From assembly GCA_963793265.1 (NCBI GenBank), contig CAWBZI010000001.1, forward strand, positions 1,376,001 through 1,440,000: DNA of 64,000 nt, written 5' to 3'. Within the stretch, counting starts at the first letter, position 1. Each line of letters begins with the position of its first letter. This stretch comes from an uncultured cyanobacterium (lineage in GTDB: Bacteria > Cyanobacteriota > Cyanobacteriia > Phormidesmidales > Phormidesmidaceae). Under the pieces are notes generated by a model that was not told the origin of the DNA, did not search any database, and worked only from the letters and a program-made list of their open reading frames with translations. Below, piece after piece: positions 60,296 through 64,000 of the stretch. The translations under genes and the position numbers were made by a program.

Positions 60296-62386
60296 ATGAA
60301 AGACCTGACCAAATACCGCAATATCGGTATCTTTGCCCACGTAGATGCAGGCAAAACGACCACCACTGAAAGAATTTTGAAGCTCACCGGCAAAATCCAC
60401 AAGATCGGTGAAGTTCATGATGGTGCGGCAACCACAGACTTCATGGATCAAGAGCAGGAGCGCGGCATCACTATTCAATCAGCGGCAACCACCTGCTTCT
60501 GGAACGACCATCAGCTCAACATCATCGACACGCCCGGACACGTAGACTTCACGATTGAAGTTTACCGCTCCCTCAAGGTTCTAGACGGCGGCGTCGGCGT
60601 ATTTTGCGCCTCCGGTGGCGTAGAGCCTCAGTCTGAAACGAACTGGCGCTACGCAAACGACTCCAAAGTAGCTCGCATTATCTACGTCAACAAGCTCGAC
60701 CGCACAGGCGGCGATTTCTACCGCGTTATTCAGCAGGTAGAAGAAATCCTGGTGGCTAAGCCCCTCGTAATGGTGCTGCCCATTGGTATTGAAGACGATT
60801 TCAAGGGCGTCGTTGACCTCCTCACCGAAAAGGCGTGGATTTGGGACAACTCCGGCGATCCGTTGAACTACGAAATCACCGATGTGCCTGAAGACATGAA
60901 GGACAAGGTGGCCGAGTACCGCGAAATGCTCATCGAATCCGCTGTTGAGATGGATGACGATGTGATGGAAGCCTACTTAGAAGGCAACGAGCCTGATCTT
61001 GACACCATCAAAAAGTGCATTCGTAAAGGCACTCGCGAGCTGGCGTTTTTCCCAACTTATTGCGGCTCCTCCTTTAAGAACAAAGGCGTTCAGAACGTGC
61101 TGGATGCGGTTGTAGACTACCTGCCTAACCCCACTGAAGTGAAGCCTCAGCCCGAGGTTGACCTTGACGGTAACGAGACAGGCGGCGTTGCAAAGGTCAC
61201 TCCTGATGCACCCCTCCGCGCCCTCGCGTTCAAAATTATGGACGACCGCTACGGTGCGCTCACCTTTATTCGTATCTACTCCGGTACGCTCAGCAAAGGT
61301 GACACCGTGCTCAATACCTTTACGGGCAAGACAGATCGCGTAGGCCGACTGGTATCTATGCACGCTGACTCCCGTGAGGAAATCGATGTTGCACAAGCAG
61401 GCGACATCGTAGCGATTGTAGGTATGAAGAACGTACAGACGGGCCATACGCTGTGCGATCCGAAGAACCCTGCAACGCTTGAGCCGATGGTCTTCCCCGA
61501 TCCGGTTATCTCAATTGCCGTTGAGCCTAAGGACAAAGGCGGCTCTGAGAAGATGGGCCTGGCCTTGAGCAAAATGGTTCAAGAAGATCCCTCCTTCTAT
61601 GTGGAGACTGATCAGGAAAGCGGCGAAGTCATCCTTAAGGGCATGGGCGAGCTTCACCTGGATATTAAGGTGGACATTCTGAAGCGTACTCACGGCGTAG
61701 AAGTCGAAGTGGGTAAGCCTCAGGTGGCCTATCGTGAGTCCATCACGAAGATTCTCAGCGATACCTACGTGCACAAGAAGCAGTCCGGTGGTTCGGGTCA
61801 GTTTGCCAAAATTGACTACACTATCGAGCCTTCTGAAGTCGGCGTTGGCTTTGAGTTTGAGTCCAAGGTCACAGGGGGTAACGTGCCTCGTGAATTCTGG
61901 CCTGCAGTTGAGAAAGGCTTTGCTACCAGCATGGAGAAAGGGCCTTTGGCTGGCTACCCCATGGTGGATGTGAAGGTTACTTTGACCGATGGTGGTTTCC
62001 ACGCGGTTGACTCTAGCGCGATCGCCTTTGAAATCGCAGCCAAATCAGCCTACCGTCAGTCTTTCCCCAAAGCTGGCCCTCAAATCCTTGAGCCGATTAT
62101 GAACGTAGATGTATTCACCCCAGACGATCACATGGGCGATGTGATTGGTGATCTCAACCGTCGTCGCGGCATGATCAAGTCTCAAAACTCAAACCCCATG
62201 GGCGTTCGCATCAAAGCTGACGTGCCTTTGAGTGAAATGTTTGGCTACATTGGCGACTTGCGCACCATGACCTCCGGTCGCGGTCAGTTCTCAATGGAAT
62301 TTGGCAACTATGCCCCATGTCCTAAGAACGTTGCTGAAGATGTCATCAAAGAAGCTAAAGAGCGTCAGGAAGCCGCTAAGAAGTAA
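60296..62386 (+). CDS. fusA: Elongation factor G, stand-alone paralog
   Basis: [44 protein letters not shown]. Confidence 0.97.
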   Translation: MKDLTKYRNIGIFAHVDAGKTTTTERILKLTGKIHKIGEVHDGAATTDFMDQEQERGITIQSAATTCFWNDHQLNIIDTPGHVDFTIEVYRSLKVLDGGVGVFCASGGVEPQSETNWRYANDSKVARIIYVNKLDRTGGDFYRVIQQVEEILVAKPLVMVLPIGIEDDFKGVVDLLTEKAWIWDNSGDPLNYEITDVPEDMKDKVAEYREMLIESAVEMDDDVMEAYLEGNEPDLDTIKKCIRKGTRELAFFPTYCGSSFKNKGVQNVLDAVVDYLPNPTEVKPQPEVDLDGNETGGVAKVTPDAPLRALAFKIMDDRYGALTFIRIYSGTLSKGDTVLNTFTGKTDRVGRLVSMHADSREEIDVAQAGDIVAIVGMKNVQTGHTLCDPKNPATLEPMVFPDPVISIAVEPKDKGGSEKMGLALSKMVQEDPSFYVETDQESGEVILKGMGELHLDIKVDILKRTHGVEVEVGKPQVAYRESITKILSDTYVHKKQSGGSGQFAKIDYTIEPSEVGVGFEFESKVTGGNVPREFWPAVEKGFATSMEKGPLAGYPMVDVKVTLTDGGFHAVDSSAIAFEIAAKSAYRQSFPKAGPQILEPIMNVDVFTPDDHMGDVIGDLNRRRGMIKSQNSNPMGVRIKADVPLSEMFGYIGDLRTMTSGRGQFSMEFGNYAPCPKNVAEDVIKEAKERQEAAKK

Positions 62387-62421
62387 ACCCCTTCTTACCA
62401 GTGGATGACTGATTAACAAAG

Positions 62422-62452
62422 CATCCCCTGATCTTTTTTAGGTCGGGGGATG
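62422..62452 (+). terminator. Hairpin after fusA
   Basis: CATCCCCTGATCT...AGGTCGGGGGATG; weak U-tract. Confidence 0.55.
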
Positions 62453-62537
62453 TGCTGTATATAGCGCAAATATCCAAGCTGCAATATCAGACCATTGTTC
62501 AATACCGCGATCCTTTCAAAGTCGCTATCATTTATTT

Positions 62538-62897
62538 ATGGAGTTAAAAGCCCTACCCACCGATATCGTTCTCAGCGACTCTAAAGCCGTGCTGGGCCAC
62601 ATCAAGCTAGATCGGAGCCTTTACCCAGGCACCTATGTAGACATTAACGGCCACACGTACCAGATTCTCGTTCGCCGCCACCAATATCAGCTCAAGCTAG
62701 GCCGCTATCATCTCCACAAAGCGGTCGTCCACGTCAAAAAAACAATCGTCCCTGAAGAACGCACCCTCCTCAACGGCACCTGGGTCATTGGCGACATCAC
62801 CTGCACCTACAACGCCCGCTCCGAACTCCTCCGCTGCGCCGTCAACCCGACTGGCCCCTGCGACGACTGCACTCACTATCGATTAGAGACTTCTTAG
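62538..62897 (+). CDS. DUF6464-like protein
   Basis: IGDITCTYNARSELLRCAVNPTGPCDDC. Confidence 0.8.
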   Translation: MELKALPTDIVLSDSKAVLGHIKLDRSLYPGTYVDINGHTYQILVRRHQYQLKLGRYHLHKAVVHVKKTIVPEERTLLNGTWVIGDITCTYNARSELLRCAVNPTGPCDDCTHYRLETS

Positions 62898-62930
62898 AGC
62901 TTTTGCCAGAGACAACTATTTGAGAAAGAA

Positions 62931-63932
62931 TTACTGTGCAGACTCAGGTGCGGCACTCTCACCGTTAGGGTTAGCAGACGCCGCTTCAATGCTTCCGGCT
63001 CCTCCTTTTAATTGGTTAATGGCCTCTGCAAAGCGCTGCCCAATAACTTTGTAGCTGTCTGCGGTGAAATGAATCCCTCCCATGGGTAGGTCATTGGTTT
63101 CAATCATCGCGCCGTTGGGAATTTGAATGCTCTCCTGCTGCTTTTGCACCAGCGTCCAGTTAGGCAACCCTTTTAGATCCTTTGGTTGACCGATCTGTGC
63201 ATACACTAGCGGGATGTTTGGTCTGCCGATGTCTTGGCGGAAGCTGTAGGCGAATAGGGCAAAGTTTTCGGCCCAGGCTTCAGCATTGGGGCGTAAGGAA
63301 GGGAACTGCTTAGGGTCGATGGTGTCAGCTTCGCCCTGAAAAAATAGGATGCCGCTGACTTCGCCCATGGGTGAGGCCGCGCGAACTCGCTTGAGACATG
63401 ATCCGTAAAGGGTTTGGTCGCTGAGGTTTCGCTGCCAGTCAGCAATAGAGGAGCCGTTTTTAGCGCAGGGAATGAGGCCAATGAGCTGGTTGCTGTCTTC
63501 AGCGACGAGCGTTTTAGCGAAGGTAAAAGCCGGGCCAAAGCCAAAGTCTGCGTCTTGAGAGACGCTATCGACCTGGTTTTCAGGATTATCGATAGGTTCT
63601 GAGGCGGGTTGCCAGCGGTAGTCGTTGCCGAAGGTGAAAACGTTGGCACTGGTTGCGATCACCTCAGGAATTTCAGCCGCCCCCACCATATTGGACTGGC
63701 CCATCAGCACGTACAGCTTCAGCTTGCCTTGCAGCCGTTCAGGCACAGCAGGCTGATCGTCAAACCTGCTAGCAAGTGCTTCGTGAGGTGCATAAAAGCG
63801 GTCATACAGCCCGACCACTCGCAACAGGTCGCCACCTTTTGCACTGAGATTAAGGTATTTTTGCAGACCGATGCCGAGCCCAGTTCCGCAAATGAGAGCA
63901 AGGCCAATAACGGTAATCGAACGGAGTTTCAT
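62931..63932 (-). CDS. Sialate O-acetylesterase (SASA/CE6-like)
   Basis: MGQSNM, FQGEAD, GGIHF. Confidence 0.88.
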   Translation of the reverse strand: MKLRSITVIGLALICGTGLGIGLQKYLNLSAKGGDLLRVVGLYDRFYAPHEALASRFDDQPAVPERLQGKLKLYVLMGQSNMVGAAEIPEVIATSANVFTFGNDYRWQPASEPIDNPENQVDSVSQDADFGFGPAFTFAKTLVAEDSNQLIGLIPCAKNGSSIADWQRNLSDQTLYGSCLKRVRAASPMGEVSGILFFQGEADTIDPKQFPSLRPNAEAWAENFALFAYSFRQDIGRPNIPLVYAQIGQPKDLKGLPNWTLVQKQQESIQIPNGAMIETNDLPMGGIHFTADSYKVIGQRFAEAINQLKGGAGSIEAASANPNGESAAPESAQ

Positions 63933-64000
63933 ACGTAGGCAAAGAGAGTGAGTTTTGAAGATCAGGTGCTAAAGCAAAGTCGAAGTGAGTACGCGTTTTG

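Larger units (their letters stand above)
7..62025. repeat. HIP1 octamer GCGATCGC, dispersed (~70 copies by eye)
   Basis: Copies e.g. at 7, 5763, 12841, 24812, 36863, 55124, 56868, 57357, 62018; about 1 expected by chance in 64 kb. Confidence 0.97.

Overview
64 kb of a cyanobacterial chromosome. The evidence is about 70 hand-counted HIP1 octamers (GCGATCGC) plus sigE, crtW and Uma2 genes; the style suggests a Leptolyngbyaceae/Phormidesmis-like strain. It is mostly housekeeping and envelope genes (ychF, ispH, manC, iscS, priA, sigE, purB, prfC, dnaB, rplI, gloB, a stand-alone fusA), interspersed with small toxin-antitoxin modules, an Rpn-family nuclease and decayed fragments. I recognised no rRNA, tRNA, CRISPR array or intact IS. 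The most striking unexplained signal is genome-scale: G/C strand skew flips at HIP1 sites (G/T-rich 5' of the site, C/A-rich 3' of it) inside genes on both strands, which would fit strand-specific DNA processing initiated at HIP1. Other highlights are a fasciclin protein ending in a bare PVRGLW motif next to two L,D-transpeptidases (candidate anchoring/sorting system), a DnaB with two inteins (one full LAGLIDADG, one endonuclease-deleted), an AT-rich HIP1-free islet of two glycine-zipper membrane genes among TA modules including a broken HepT, a probable intragenic Rpn antitoxin start, a DFG-to-NLG pseudokinase and an HLR1-like site upstream of fusA. All family calls are by motif recognition, not database search.
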